Assembly (NCBI GenBank): GCA_012295275.1
Contig: CM022667.1
Coordinates: forward strand, 1,488,001-1,552,000
Length of the DNA stretch: 64,000 nt
DNA from: Chrysomallon squamiferum
Taxonomy: Eukaryota; Animalia; Mollusca
Direction: 5' to 3'
Shown here: positions 13,326 through 52,379 of the stretch, in pieces
Numbering within the stretch: position 1 is the stretch's first letter
Layout of the letters: every line of letters begins with the position of its first letter
The notes under the pieces: generated by a model
What the model was told of the DNA's origin: nothing
What the model saw: the letters and a program-made list of their open reading frames with translations, nothing else
Databases searched by the model: none
Translations under genes and position numbers: made by a program

Positions 13326-14762
13326 ATGGCGGGAATTTTGAAAGTATTTTTGTTAATGTGTTCAATAACAAGCGTTGAACATTCGATTTTACGACACCGT
13401 AGTTCCCATGATGATATTAATCGTGAAATCGAAAATCACAGAAAAGTTGCCTCTGAAATTATTAATCTTTCTGTACACGGAAATGCAAAGAATGAATCGT
13501 ACAACAGACTTGCACAATTTGTCGATAAGTTTGGATTTCGAATTGCAGGCTCAGAAAATCTGGAAAATTCCATTGACTTTCTTATTGCAGAACTTAAAGA
13601 AGACGGCTTGGAGAATGTACACGGAGAATCTGTTATGGTTCCGCACTGGGTCAGGGGTAATGAATTTGCGAAAATGATCGAACCAAGAATTCATCCATTG
13701 GCTATGCTTGGTCTTGGAGGAAGTATTGGTACTCCTCCTGAAGGAATTACCGCTGAGGCTTTGGTAGTTAGCTCGTTTGATGAGCTGAAACGACGATCTT
13801 CTGAGGCCAAAGGTAAAATAATTGTATTTAATGAACCGTGGGCTGGATCCTACTCCAAAACAGTAGCTTACAGAAGTGGCGCGGTTCAGGCCTCTGAAGC
13901 AGGAGGCGTGGCTTCGTTAATCAGAAGTATCACGCCATTTTCGATAAACAGTCCACACACGGGATCGCAGTGGTACAAATCTAATGTGACAAAAATTCCC
14001 ACAGCATGCATAACTATTGAAGATGCTGAAATGATGGCTCGCATGGCAGCAAGAGGCAACAAAATTGTGATACATTTGAAAATGGACGCCAAAGCTCTCC
14101 CTGACGTAAAATCAAGGAATGTTGTCGCTGAAATCAAAGGACACAGCAAACCCGAAGAAGTTGTCGTCGTCAGTGGACATATTGATAGTTGGGACGTTGG
14201 ACAAGGTGCAATGGATGATGGGTGTGGAGCATTCATATCTTGGCAGGCGTTATCACTCATTCGTCAGTTGGGACTTAGACCTAAGCGAACTTTAAGAGCA
14301 GTATTTTGGACGGCAGAAGAAGTAGGTTTGGTTGGTGCCCAGAAATATTTTAAAGACCATAAATCAGACTTGGACGACTTTGATCTTATAATGGAGTCCG
14401 ATATCGGGACATTTTCTCCGCGTGGTTACAGATTTTCTGGAAATGAGAGAGCGACTGAAATCGTGAAGAGAGTTGTCGATCTTTTAACGCCGATTGGCGC
14501 TGCTAACTACACTTCTCCGGCTGATGTCAGTGACGTGCAGTTCTGGGAAAATGCTGGCGTGCCGACCGGAAGTCTGCTCGTGGATACCAGCAAGTATTTT
14601 TATTTCCACCATTCCAATGGTGATACAATGACGGTGCAGAATTCACAGGACATGGACGTAGCTTCGGCAATCTTTTCCGTTGTGGCATACGTTGTAGCCG
14701 ATCTAGAAATCATGTTGCCAAGGAATAAAATGGGCATTAATAAAACTGATATACATTGGTAA
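13326..14762 (+). CDS. CPQ: Carboxypeptidase Q (plasma glutamate carboxypeptidase / lysosomal dipeptidase, M28 family), intronless, 478 aa
   Basis: Signal peptide MAGILKVFLLMCSITS; motifs VPHWVRG, LGLGGSIGTPPEGITAE, SPHTG, SGHIDSWDVGQGAMDDG, WTAEEVG, MESDIGTF, YFYFHHSNGDTMTV. AAAATG start at 13326. Confidence 0.96.
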   Translation: MAGILKVFLLMCSITSVEHSILRHRSSHDDINREIENHRKVASEIINLSVHGNAKNESYNRLAQFVDKFGFRIAGSENLENSIDFLIAELKEDGLENVHGESVMVPHWVRGNEFAKMIEPRIHPLAMLGLGGSIGTPPEGITAEALVVSSFDELKRRSSEAKGKIIVFNEPWAGSYSKTVAYRSGAVQASEAGGVASLIRSITPFSINSPHTGSQWYKSNVTKIPTACITIEDAEMMARMAARGNKIVIHLKMDAKALPDVKSRNVVAEIKGHSKPEEVVVVSGHIDSWDVGQGAMDDGCGAFISWQALSLIRQLGLRPKRTLRAVFWTAEEVGLVGAQKYFKDHKSDLDDFDLIMESDIGTFSPRGYRFSGNERATEIVKRVVDLLTPIGAANYTSPADVSDVQFWENAGVPTGSLLVDTSKYFYFHHSNGDTMTVQNSQDMDVASAIFSVVAYVVADLEIMLPRNKMGINKTDIHW

Positions 14763-15435
14763 CAAACGGATGCTACTTAATTCTACCGATACCTGTGAGC
14801 TGATAATTGTTGATGTTCTGAATTGCTTTTTAAACATATTACTAATAATACTACTAGTATATTTCTATTATTACTTTTACTTCTGCTGTTGTACTACCAA
14901 TTATTACTATCAGATTTACTATTATTCTATTACTATTTCTTCTGCATCTATTATTAATTTATTAAACGGAACAAAAAATGAACAACTTTGAAGTAAAATG
15001 TTTAACTTGACTTCCTTATAAAGAGTTGTTTTCGCTTTTCGATAGTTGATTTTTATTTCAATATTGATTATTATAATTTGTATTTGTATATAAATGAATA
15101 CTAAATAAAAAAAGACTTTTGTTTTATATTTTATTCTATTTATACTAATATCGATAGTGAAATATAAGTAAATCATTATTATTTAAATTTGAATCCGTGA
15201 CGTTTATACCCAAAAACAGTAATTATAATTATAATTATATGTAATTATGTGTAAGCTACAGCTTAAATTATCAGTCTGATTAATGGATCTCTGAGATTTC
15301 CATTTAACTTGTCACATGTTCTCAGCACACTTGTTAAATATTGTTTTACTACTTCTCACCATTTGAAACCTCACCATTGTTAATCTGTATGTTAATCTTT
15401 TTCTCGATGGCTATTATAATGGAGGTGATAATGTC

Positions 15436-15474
<39 letters not shown>

Positions 15475-15481
15475 TAATAAA

Positions 15482-15513
<32 letters not shown>

Positions 15514-15744
15514 ACAGAATAAAAAAAATAAAATTAAAATTATTTTAAATTAAAACAAAAAAAAAAAAAAGTTATAAATAAAACAACAAATATAAAATAA
15601 TATAAAACTGAACTTTTTATTTATCTAATATTATTAGCAGATAAAATAAAATTTGAAATATCGTTGTTATAACATTATTCTTGTACCAGTAAAAAATATA
15701 AACAATTTTCGAAGTATATTATAAACAATTTTCAAGCATCTTAA

Positions 15745-16021
15745 GAAGGAGGCGTGGCTTCATTAATTAGAAACATTTGAAAATGGTTGCCAAAACCTCT
15801 CTTCCGTAAAATCTAGGAATGTTATCGCTGAAATAAAAGGACGCTGCAAGTCCGAAGAAGTTGTTGTCAGTGGACGGACGCTGGCAGGCATTATCACTCA
15901 TTAGTCAGTTGGGACTTAGACCTAAGAGCTGTGTTTTGGATGGGCGAAGAAGAAAGTTTGGTCGGTACCCAAAACTATTTTAAAGACCATAAATCAGACT
16001 TGGACAAGTTTGACCTTGTAA
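15745..16021 (+). pseudogene. Degenerate partial duplicate of CPQ (about 13897-14391) with internal deletions
   Basis: Colinear DNA similarity, e.g. ggaggcgtggcttc, ggaatgttxtcgctgaaat, cagttgggacttagacctaag, ttttaaagaccataaatcagacttggac. No intact frame. Confidence 0.92.
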
Positions 16022-16244
16022 ACGAAAAATAAAAAATACTCGTCCAAAAAAGAATGACACGAATGTTACGAAGAACATTGTATCCAAAGAAAGAAAATGT
16101 GAAAATCACTAAATAAATTTTAAAAGTTAATAATCTATCTATCTATATCTATCTACATATATAATTACATATACTGATATAGAAAGAAAAAAGCACATAA
16201 CCAAATGCAGCATCAGTAAAGATATCAGTCAAGTAAAAGCAAAT

Positions 16245-16318
<74 letters not shown>

Positions 16319-16553
16319 TTATTTATTATTATAATTTTAAAATTTGTGTTATTATTATTTTCTTTCTTGAAGGACAGGGTTATCTTCTCTTGATCATTTT
16401 CCACCAATCAACATTAAGATGGTTTTGCTGCGACTCTAATGTTTTGTTTGCCAGTGGAAGGGAACATTTGTGACTCAGAATCACGCCGTATTTGACTTAT
16501 TATATTGTGTTTTATTACATCTAACATTTATTTTGTACATTAGTGATTATAAA

Positions 16554-17277
16554 ATGAGTATACTTGCTAAAATATTCGGGTCTGGGAAGAAAGGGGAAAA
16601 AACCCCAACCCCACAAGAAGGAATACAAAGACTCCGTGAAGTTGAAGATATGTTGTTGAAAAAATCGGACTTCCTGGAAAAGAAAATTCAAGCAGAAATC
16701 ACCACAGCTAAGAAAAATGGCACTAAAAATAAAAGACGTATGTATTCTTTATCATATTATTTTTAATTTGAAGGGAACTATTTAAGGAATCGGTTGACAG
16801 TTCTGTTTTTTGTTAATGTTGCAATAATGAAATGATCAAAATGACACTTCTGTTAGCACACTTCAATCCCAAGTGAACGCTAAATTTTCATAAATATAAC
16901 AGTCGAAATCTATTATTTCAACATATCATGAATTTTACAGGCACTAATCATTAAAAAAAAGTACAACCTTACATTATGTACATCCCATAATCAAGTTCAT
17001 GAAAGCCTCTGAAATGATCCTAATTCCTAACTAAGCACGATTCTTCAACTTTTACGAGCATACACACACTCACGCACACGCATACACACACATATTCAGA
17101 TTTTTGGGAGGACTAATAGTGATAAAGGTCACCATTTCAATCTATGGCAGCATCTCTGATCTTTCGATGCCAAAAAATGAAATATTCAATTTTATTTCAC
17201 ATTCAGATGGCCTTCAAATGAAATTGCTATTAATTAACTACTATAATTGCACTTTTGATTATGTGTATTTCCAAATT

Positions 17278-17316
<39 letters not shown>

Positions 17317-19560
17317 CTGGTTTTTGTTCGTTTATTTTTCATATAAAAAAACCTAAAAAAACAAAACCCAACTAATTCTTTAAAAAATATATAGGTATTA
17401 ATCCTTATAAATATTTTTATTTCAGTTGCTCTGCAAGCTTTGAAACGTAAGAAGCGCCTTGAAAAACAATTACAGCAGATAGATGGTACTCTGTCTACAA
17501 TTGAATTACAGCGGGAGGCTTTGGAAAATGCCAGTACAAACACAGAGGTGCTAAAGGTTATGGGAACAGCTGCCAAAGCTTTGAAAGGAGCTCACCAAAA
17601 TTTGTAAGTGATTTATTTAATATTTTTTTAACAGTGCAAAAATTAAAAAAAAAATGTCTTCATTCTGTTTTCATATTGCATTTTTTATTTGTATTTATAC
17701 ATTAATTATTTACAGTAACAAAACATTTTTTTTTATCTGCATTCACGGTCATTGTCTGATAACATGTCATCAAAAACAAATTGTATTTAAGGCTTTGTTG
17801 TGGATGTAAATGTCTTTGTTGGTTTTTGTTTTACAGTTTCCAAATGCAAGGATATTAAGTTGTTATATACTACAACCATTTTTTTTCAAAAGATATTATT
17901 GTATTTGTTCAGAGGAGGATAAATTAACACTTATATATATATATATATAAAATCAGTAAAGGATCTCTGCTTGAAAATGCTTGTTCACAAATTTCACATT
18001 ATGTATTAGTGTTACATTATTATTACATATCATAACTGTGGATCCGTGGTAAAAGATATTAGTGACAAAATATTTTGCATAACTGTCTTTGAAGTTCAAT
18101 CACAAATAGATTTAGTTTTGTTATAAAAGAGGTAAATATGTATTTAATGTCATATGTATAAAAAAAACAAATACAAAAAAAACATATTATTTTCTTTTTA
18201 TTGAAAAATGCTACAACACATCATCATTTTATTGTTTTGATTTTAATTTATATATCATCATTTTAATTTGTTTTAATGTTGTGTTTTTGTAGAGATGTAG
18301 ACAAGGTACATGACTTAATGGATGACGTAGCAGAGCAGAATGAAATAGCTTCAGAAATATCAGATGCAATTTCTAATCCTGTTGGTTTTGGAAATGATGT
18401 CGATGAGGTAATATTTTTAATTCCGTTTCAAGAATTAGAGATATTTTAATGTTTTTGTTTTTTTTAATGATTGATTTCTTGATACACGAATTGTTTTGAA
18501 ATGTTGAAAATTTATTTTTTAAGTATTATTTTTGATTTTGTTATTTCAGTATTTGAGACACACATCATGGCATTTTCAAATATATATATTTTAGTGTTTT
18601 GTCATTATTAACTTTATGATTTGAATATCAGAGACACAAGATATTACAAATTTTTTTATATAGTTTTTTTTTTTTTAAATTTTATATTTTTCAGTCTTGA
18701 GACATTTTTAAACGTAGTGACTTTTTGAAATACGATGTTCACAGAGTGTTACATTTTTACCATTTTTCTCTGTTCAGGATGACTTGTTGGCAGAACTTGA
18801 GGAATTAGAACAAGAAGAACTAGACAAACAGATGCTGGAGATTGGTGAACCCACAACAGACCAGCTACCCTCCGTACCCACTGAAGAACCTGTACCGTCT
18901 CGTATGTACCCTCCACTGTTGTTAGTTGTTGAAATACAGCTTTTGAGAGATGCATCTGTTGCATTCAAATTTGAAATAATTTCTAAGAGATTATTTTTTT
19001 CGTCTCTTTTATTCAAATTTGAAATAAACAGTTTGTCTTCTTTTTTCATTCATCTTTGGAGTACACCTCTAAAAGATTCTTTTTCTATTTTTCTATTTTT
19101 TTTCTTCATTTGTGTAATAAATCTAACATAAAAAAGAGATTTTGTTTTCAACGATAACAGAATCAATTCTGATTATTTCATTTTATTTGTGGAACCACTA
19201 AAGTGTTTATGTAAATTTATGGTTTGAATTTGTACGATACTTTAGCATATTTTAGCATATTTCAGTTAAAAAATTAAGCACTTTATCAAAAATGTGTTTC
19301 AGTAATATATTCAAAGAATACAATTTATTTATTTCTTGTATTTTTAGGTCTCACTCATTTTGCAACTTTTTGCTTTTTTGTTTATGTATTAATTCTTTAA
19401 AAGAACCTTCAGTTCTTATTACTATATTAAAGCAATGTTTTGCAAATGATTTGTCTTTGATAATGGATCTGATTATTTGTTGTTTGTTTTATTTACAGGT
19501 GCTAAACCTATCCAAGAAGATGATGATGAGATGAAAGAATTGGCTGCTTGGGCATCTTAA
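16554..19560 (+). CDS. CHMP4B: Charged multivesicular body protein 4 (Snf7/ESCRT-III), 220 aa, 5 exons
   Basis: Exons 16554-16737, 17426-17603, 18293-18407, 18778-18901, 19499-19560, all GT-AG and phase-consistent (663 nt). Motifs KNGTKNKRLALQALKRKKR, QIDGTLSTIELQREALE, ISNPVGFG, C-terminal DDEMKELAAWAS*. Confidence 0.96.
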
Positions 19561-19663
19561 AACTACTGTCATGGTTTAAAATCTTTTGTAAATTTGTTTA
19601 TTAACATCAGGTGTATGATTTTTGATTGGTGATTTTGTTTTTGAAAGTCTGCTAACACTGTTT

Positions 19664-19696
<33 letters not shown>

Positions 19697-20548
19697 AGTA
19701 AATATAAAAAAACAACAAGATTTACTCAATAAATATATTCATCACTTTATGAAAACATTTAAAAAATAAAAAAAAAACAATAGGTTTTATTTTACAACGA
19801 TCTTTCTATACGTTTTCTTTATTATAAATTTTGAAAGTTGTGAGGATACAAGGTTTGAAATAAGCCCGAGGCAGTGCAGAGAGAGGATAAAAAGTGCAGG
19901 AAAGAGTCGCTCAGCTTGTTTGTGTCAGTTTGAGAAAATTCTTTGATATAAATGTACAGGCTAACACAAAATACACAAGAGATATAATGAGCATTCACAT
20001 TCAGAAGATATTTCGAAAGGCTGGATATTTACTAGCATGTTTAAATTTTGATTTTTTTTCTTGATCATTTTTATGCTATTTATACTCTATGGACAGTCTA
20101 CAAATCATATCTAAGGTTATGCATTGAAGGTTTATGGTCTGAGTATTGCTTAAACTTTTTGGTTTTTTTTTTTTAATTGTTACCAATACCGTTAGCTTTT
20201 TCAGATATATTGAATCATGGATAACAATAAACACTTAAATGAAAGAAAAACAAAGAACCAAATGAAATACATACATGTTCTGTAATATCTTCCTGATCTG
20301 TTTCTGCCATGGTGGTGGATTTCTGTTATAAATTGTTAAGACTAGCAGTTTGCAGTGAGCATGAATTTAATTTGAGTTTTACCTATCCTTGACCAATATT
20401 AAACTGGTTACTGTTGTTTTTTTTATTTTATTTTATTTTTTTTCAAATTACATGTGCCTCTTTTCATAATGCAAACTGAATTTAAAAAAAAGAGAAAATT
20501 AATGAAGAAGAAAATGGAGATAAAATATATATATATATATATATATAT

Positions 20549-20605
<57 letters not shown>

Positions 20606-22544
20606 TTGCTTAAGTGTATCTGTAAAAATATTTTCATTTTTGTTTTACATGTGTGATGTTTGACTTGTTATCAAAATGCCATTTGTCTATACAAATTATT
20701 TTACTGCCCAAAATTCCAGTGTGTTATGCAACAAATAATATGGCTATTGAATTTTAAATTATTGTCTGAAACCACATTTTTTTAAAAACATTAATATCAA
20801 GCAATATTAATGAATTTAATGTTTTATTTTGATTTTTTAATCCATTTATAAGAGCTAATTTCTAAAACTCTATCATTAGTTAATCGTCTCAAAATGTGTA
20901 ACAATTATACTGTACATTGTAAATACATCAGATATCGTGTCAGTGTGCATTATTTTGTATATAATTATTACTGTTGTTGACATGCTTAACGGTACATAGA
21001 TGTGTAAATCTGTTTCTAGCACAAAAATGTAAATTTGCTCTAAACCTAGTATATAGTTAGTGATATCATGGTAAGGTATTCTGTGAAAAATTAATACTGC
21101 TTGTTATGGTCATTGAAGTAGTTTTATTATTCGAAAAAAACAAAACAAAAACAATGTCAGATAGTTCTTTTAATTTACGTTAAACCACAAAATTTTAAAT
21201 AAAAGGGTACTTGTTAACATTTGCACAAATAAATTTAATTTAAAAAAAAAAAAAAAAATTATTAAAAACTTTCCAAGTGGTTTTACTTGTAATTTCTTTC
21301 TAAGTATACCCAGTTACTTTTTCTTTTAATTTATTATCATTATTGTGTATTTTTTTTAGATCACCCTTTACTTCACTTTCCTTAGGTAAATATTTCCATT
21401 TTAAAGCATTCTCACTATGTGAAAATATACAATAATCAATTATTATTATTTTTTGTGAGATGATAAACACTTTCTGTAACTGAAAATATTTCTCAACTTG
21501 AACATCATGATTACACTGTCTTTTATTTCACTTAATATTTATAATGTAAATAAAGATACATGTATTTATAATGAATGAACAATTAAACAAATTATTGTTG
21601 TTTATTTTCTTCTTTATCACCAGATGGACAATACTGTCTCAAAACTGAGTGTAAAAAAAAAAAAAAAAAAAATTTAAAAACAAACAACAACAAAAGCACA
21701 TATATATATTTGGACATTACTTGTTTGTATGTGATATCCTGTTTATATCTTATACAGTGTATGATACAGCAAAAATTCACATAAGCACACTTGTAAATGT
21801 TTTTTTAAATCTCTTTGGAGATGAGTGTATTTTATACATATAATAATTACAAAATTTACAACCACTACAAAACAGGTACTGCGTAATTTATCTGGAATTG
21901 TGTGTTTATACAGGAATGTTTGTCTGACAAACTTATTTCGATTGTCATTTTGCAATTCTCAGTGTCAGTTGACAGCTGTACAAACTGACTGACTGGTTGC
22001 CATGGATACAATCACGATATTTTATTTAAAAACACTTATAGCTGATAACCCTGACACTGCAGTGAAAATCTCAGTTTCAACATACAGCCCAGAAATTATT
22101 AGTATATTAAATTACATCAGCATTTGTTTACTTAATCTATATATTCTTTTTAACACACTACTTAGCTGCTGTCAGTTATATTCTGTTTAAAGCATTGATT
22201 TGTGGTTAGTGTCTTGGTTTCAAACAACATCATTCTCAGATATGTTAATATTTATTATGTGTATCTGGTCACAATCAAAGATTATATGCTCATAAAATGA
22301 AGAATGCCTATTTTTCACATGTTTGTAACATGGCTTTTGTCTTTCCTCTCAACAAACTGATAATCTGATGAAATAATCTTGACTCCATCCTTCAGATTAG
22401 AAAGAGAATATCAGATATTCTCTCAAATCTGCGGTATCCAGAGTTCTGCACTGCTCCAAAACGGTCCCAGTCTGGTTGCCATAGTTACTGTTGTACACAT
22501 GAAGATCTCAGAGTACCATGTTTAAAATGTTCTGCTGTTACTTC

Positions 22545-48767
<26,223 letters not shown>

Positions 48768-51197
48768 CTATTGGATTATTGTCTGAATCGAATATCACAT
48801 AATATGCATCATCATACGATGTAATATGTCATCCGATTTCGACAAGTTACAGAAAATATTTCTAATTAGGTTTACAACTGCACACTTTATTAGATCTACT
48901 TATAAACTATGATATTATAATAAAATGAAATGTGCAAGAAAAAAATGAAGCAAGTAAAGAATACAGAATTAAGCTTACAAACAAGATTAAACATTGACAA
49001 ATAATGAAATATTGTGTGCATCACACAAGTGACACATGAATTTATTTTAAATAATTTGAAAAAAAAAATGGAATGCAGCTTAATATATTTGCACTATTAA
49101 TTATAATAGTTTTAAAGATAAATATCAATACCTGAAATGCAAAGCTTGAAAAACTTTTACTTAAAAAATAATCAAGACGATTTCAGAAATAAATAAATTA
49201 TCATGACATTTATTTTTCCACTTCCTACAAGTCCAAGGACAACCTTACCGGAAGACATTACCCAATTAAGCAATAATATAGTACCTATAGAGAATGATTT
49301 TACGCTTAAACCATGAATAGTAATTAGATAATTTAATGCAGAAATCAGTGCACAAAGTTCATATTTTTTTAAAATATATTTTTCATATATCTGATTTAAA
49401 CAAAGAAAGACTGCGCATTAATGTGATGTACTGTCAACGTTATAACTAAAGGGAGGTCACCTAATTATCTACCTGTCAGAAATACTATCATGGTTTTGAT
49501 AAGCGTCCTTCACAACGCGTTTTGAATAACGGTGGGAGGGATCGAATGCGTGTTTAAAATTATCTTAAATAGTTATATCAACTTTAGTAGTTATGCTCGT
49601 AATATATTCGAATCGTATCCAACAGAGCTCTTATTTAAACTGAATAAAATAAAATAGATCTGCCATCTAGTAAATGCGATATTGATAATGATACTTGACA
49701 GCCATTAACCCGAAGATGACTAACTCTCCTAGCATTACATTTTCTATAATCGTAAAAACTATTTGCATGATTTTTACTGAACTTGGACACTTGATAAAAC
49801 ACTAAAGTACACAAAATTATTATTTCAGTCCTTCTTCAGATGATGTTATTGTGAAGTTCTGCTTCAAAACCAAAATATCATTTAAGCACATGCATGGATG
49901 CAAAACAAAATGAAAACAAATACCATTTCAGTTAACAATTTATTGGAAACATTACTAAAGAGGTCTACTGATTCACAATAGCCAATAACAGTTTAAAAAC
50001 CCAACATAGTTAAAAAAAAGAAAAAGACAACCAACATACATTTAGCAAAATAAACATTTATAATATACATTTATTTAACAGATATGTTTGAATCTTGTAA
50101 TTTAATTGAATTACCCTTCATAATTTACAGTGTATATTTTTTTGAATGCCTTTTTTCATATATTTGTTATTTATGAAAATTAATAATTTGTAATAAATTT
50201 CAAGCAGTATTTGTCTTCGGTATTTAATTAGATAATTAAATACAGTAATGTCTGTTTGTATGCAATTCTTGGGTTATACCACTTGGAACAAATTCTTCAA
50301 GAAATAATTTATAATTTATGTATGTACATTCTCATCAATTCTCTTTAAATTACACAAAGTATATGATAATATTATTTTGAAACTTCTGAATTTTTGTTTA
50401 GATGTATGTGTACATAACATAAATAACATACTAATAAACCTACTGAACTGTTGTTTTTTCCTTCAAAAAGCCCACAGACAAATAAATATTATTGGTCCTA
50501 ATAATTAATCCAACTGCATATAATACCAAATGATAATATAAATTTACACTGTCATTACAAAAACATATGTATACTAATAATTATATACATTTTATTAAGG
50601 CAAATGTCAGATGTCAAACAATTAAAATCAAATTACCATAATGGAGTGACAATATTTGTCTAGGGTACTTTACTATTCTGAATTTTGTTTTTGAAATTAA
50701 ATATTTTTTAGCTTTTAATATATATTATTGGTATTATTTAAGATGAAACTGAATAAATACAAAAAGCTGTTGTTAAAGATAAAGATATAAAAAGTTTATG
50801 AGATTTGCTGATTTTGTAATATTGGGAAACATGTTTTGAGCAGTTAATACATATTACTTTAAATAATGAAGTTAAATGATACATTAAAATGTTTAACAAA
50901 TTGATAATACTGAGATCAAACCATCTTTAAAATATCTGCATGTATATATGTATCTGTGTGTCTGTGTGTATATAAAAGATGACATGATCTCTATATTTTA
51001 ATAAAACTTATTTATAAGAATGTTGTTCAGCCTTATAGTGAGAGAGAGAGAGAAATTATTTTTAAAAGTTGATTTTATATATAAAAAAAAAAATCTGACT
51101 ATACAGACATTTTTCCCAGTTAAATTTACTGTATCTTTTAAAATACTGGAATCTGAATTTTTAAAATGAACACAACAAAATGACTACAGAAATAAAT

Positions 51198-52379
51198 TCA
51201 TTGTGAGTTGACGATGCTTTTTCTCACAACTGTCTTTAAACAAGATTCTGATTCCTCAACCATCATGATTATCTTAACCCATTCTTTTGTCTTACTAGAC
51301 TTTCTAATTGCATCTACGACTGTCTGGGTGTAAAAATAGTCTTCAAAAGTTGCTGCAGGATGAAGAGGTTCTGAACACCAACTCTGCCGTTCCTCCTCTC
51401 TGTCAAACGCATCTTTGACACTCTCTATCATTCGAAGAACTCCTTTCAAATAGGGAGCTGGAATTTCTTTCCGCAGGCTGTCTGATATTCCAAATTTTGT
51501 CTCATCTTTCATACCAGTCCTGTCGAAGTGAAGAAGATCTTCTCTGGCATTTTCAATCTTCTGACCAAACAGATCTGTGCCTCGAACAACAAGACGACCT
51601 TTGGTGCCGCATATGAGAATTTCCTGTATAAAATTTCCAGGAATATGAGAGTTCACTGTGACTGTAGCGCAGGCATCGTTTTCCAGCTCCATCTGAAATG
51701 TGCAGAAATCATCGCTGGTAATTTCTCGAATGCCTTTTATTTTGTCCGTCTGTTTTGTGAAAGTTTTGAGCATTCCGTGCACTTTGACGGCTTTGTGCCC
51801 CGTGACATATGTAATGACATCAATGATGCTGCTGCCTATTCTGTTAAGGACTCCTCCACCCATCAGTTCATCACACATCCAGTCAAACTTATCTCTCTGC
51901 AAGAGACCACAGTGAACTTTGACCTCACAGATGGTAATATCACCTATGTAATCTTCTTCGATCAGTTTCTTCAGTTTGGAAATTACAGGTAGAAATCGAA
52001 GGCCATTGCATATTAAGGACATTAAAGTGGGATAATATCTTGCAGCATGCACCATTTTCTGAGCACAGTTTTCTCCAGCACCTGCAGGCATTCCACACAA
52101 AACATGTTTCCCAATATTGAGAGCTTTGGCAGCAATAGGTGCCTGTATCTGCGGTGAACAGCTTAAAATTACCAGATCTACATCTCTGTGAAGAAGAACT
52201 TCATCAACTTTGTTAGTGCTTATTGATATTCCCAGCTCTATGGCCATTTCTTTGGCATCTTCTTCTGCCGAACACCATACTATTATTACCTTGAATCCAC
52301 ACGCTTTCAAAATGGGTACAACACATTTTATCAGCGAAGAATTACCAAACACACCGACACCTGGTAGCATTTTTTTCAT
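51198..52379 (-). CDS. GFOD1: Glucose-fructose oxidoreductase domain-containing protein 1/2 (Gfo/Idh/MocA family), intronless CDS
   Basis: MLPGVGVFG N-terminus (ATG at 52370, alternative at 52379), VDEVLLHRDVDLV, IGKHVLC, DWMCDELMGGGVL, IREITSDDFCTFQM, AATFED. Confidence 0.93.
   Translation of the reverse strand: MKKMLPGVGVFGNSSLIKCVVPILKACGFKVIIVWCSAEEDAKEMAIELGISISTNKVDEVLLHRDVDLVILSCSPQIQAPIAAKALNIGKHVLCGMPAGAGENCAQKMVHAARYYPTLMSLICNGLRFLPVISKLKKLIEEDYIGDITICEVKVHCGLLQRDKFDWMCDELMGGGVLNRIGSSIIDVITYVTGHKAVKVHGMLKTFTKQTDKIKGIREITSDDFCTFQMELENDACATVTVNSHIPGNFIQEILICGTKGRLVVRGTDLFGQKIENAREDLLHFDRTGMKDETKFGISDSLRKEIPAPYLKGVLRMIESVKDAFDREEERQSWCSEPLHPAATFEDYFYTQTVVDAIRKSSKTKEWVKIIMMVEESESCLKTVVRKSIVNSQ

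Noticed and set aside
19561-22544. Overlapping convergent 3'UTRs of CHMP4 and WDR7
   Set aside because: Many AATAAA hexamers on both strands in AT-rich DNA; transcript ends cannot be placed without RNA data.
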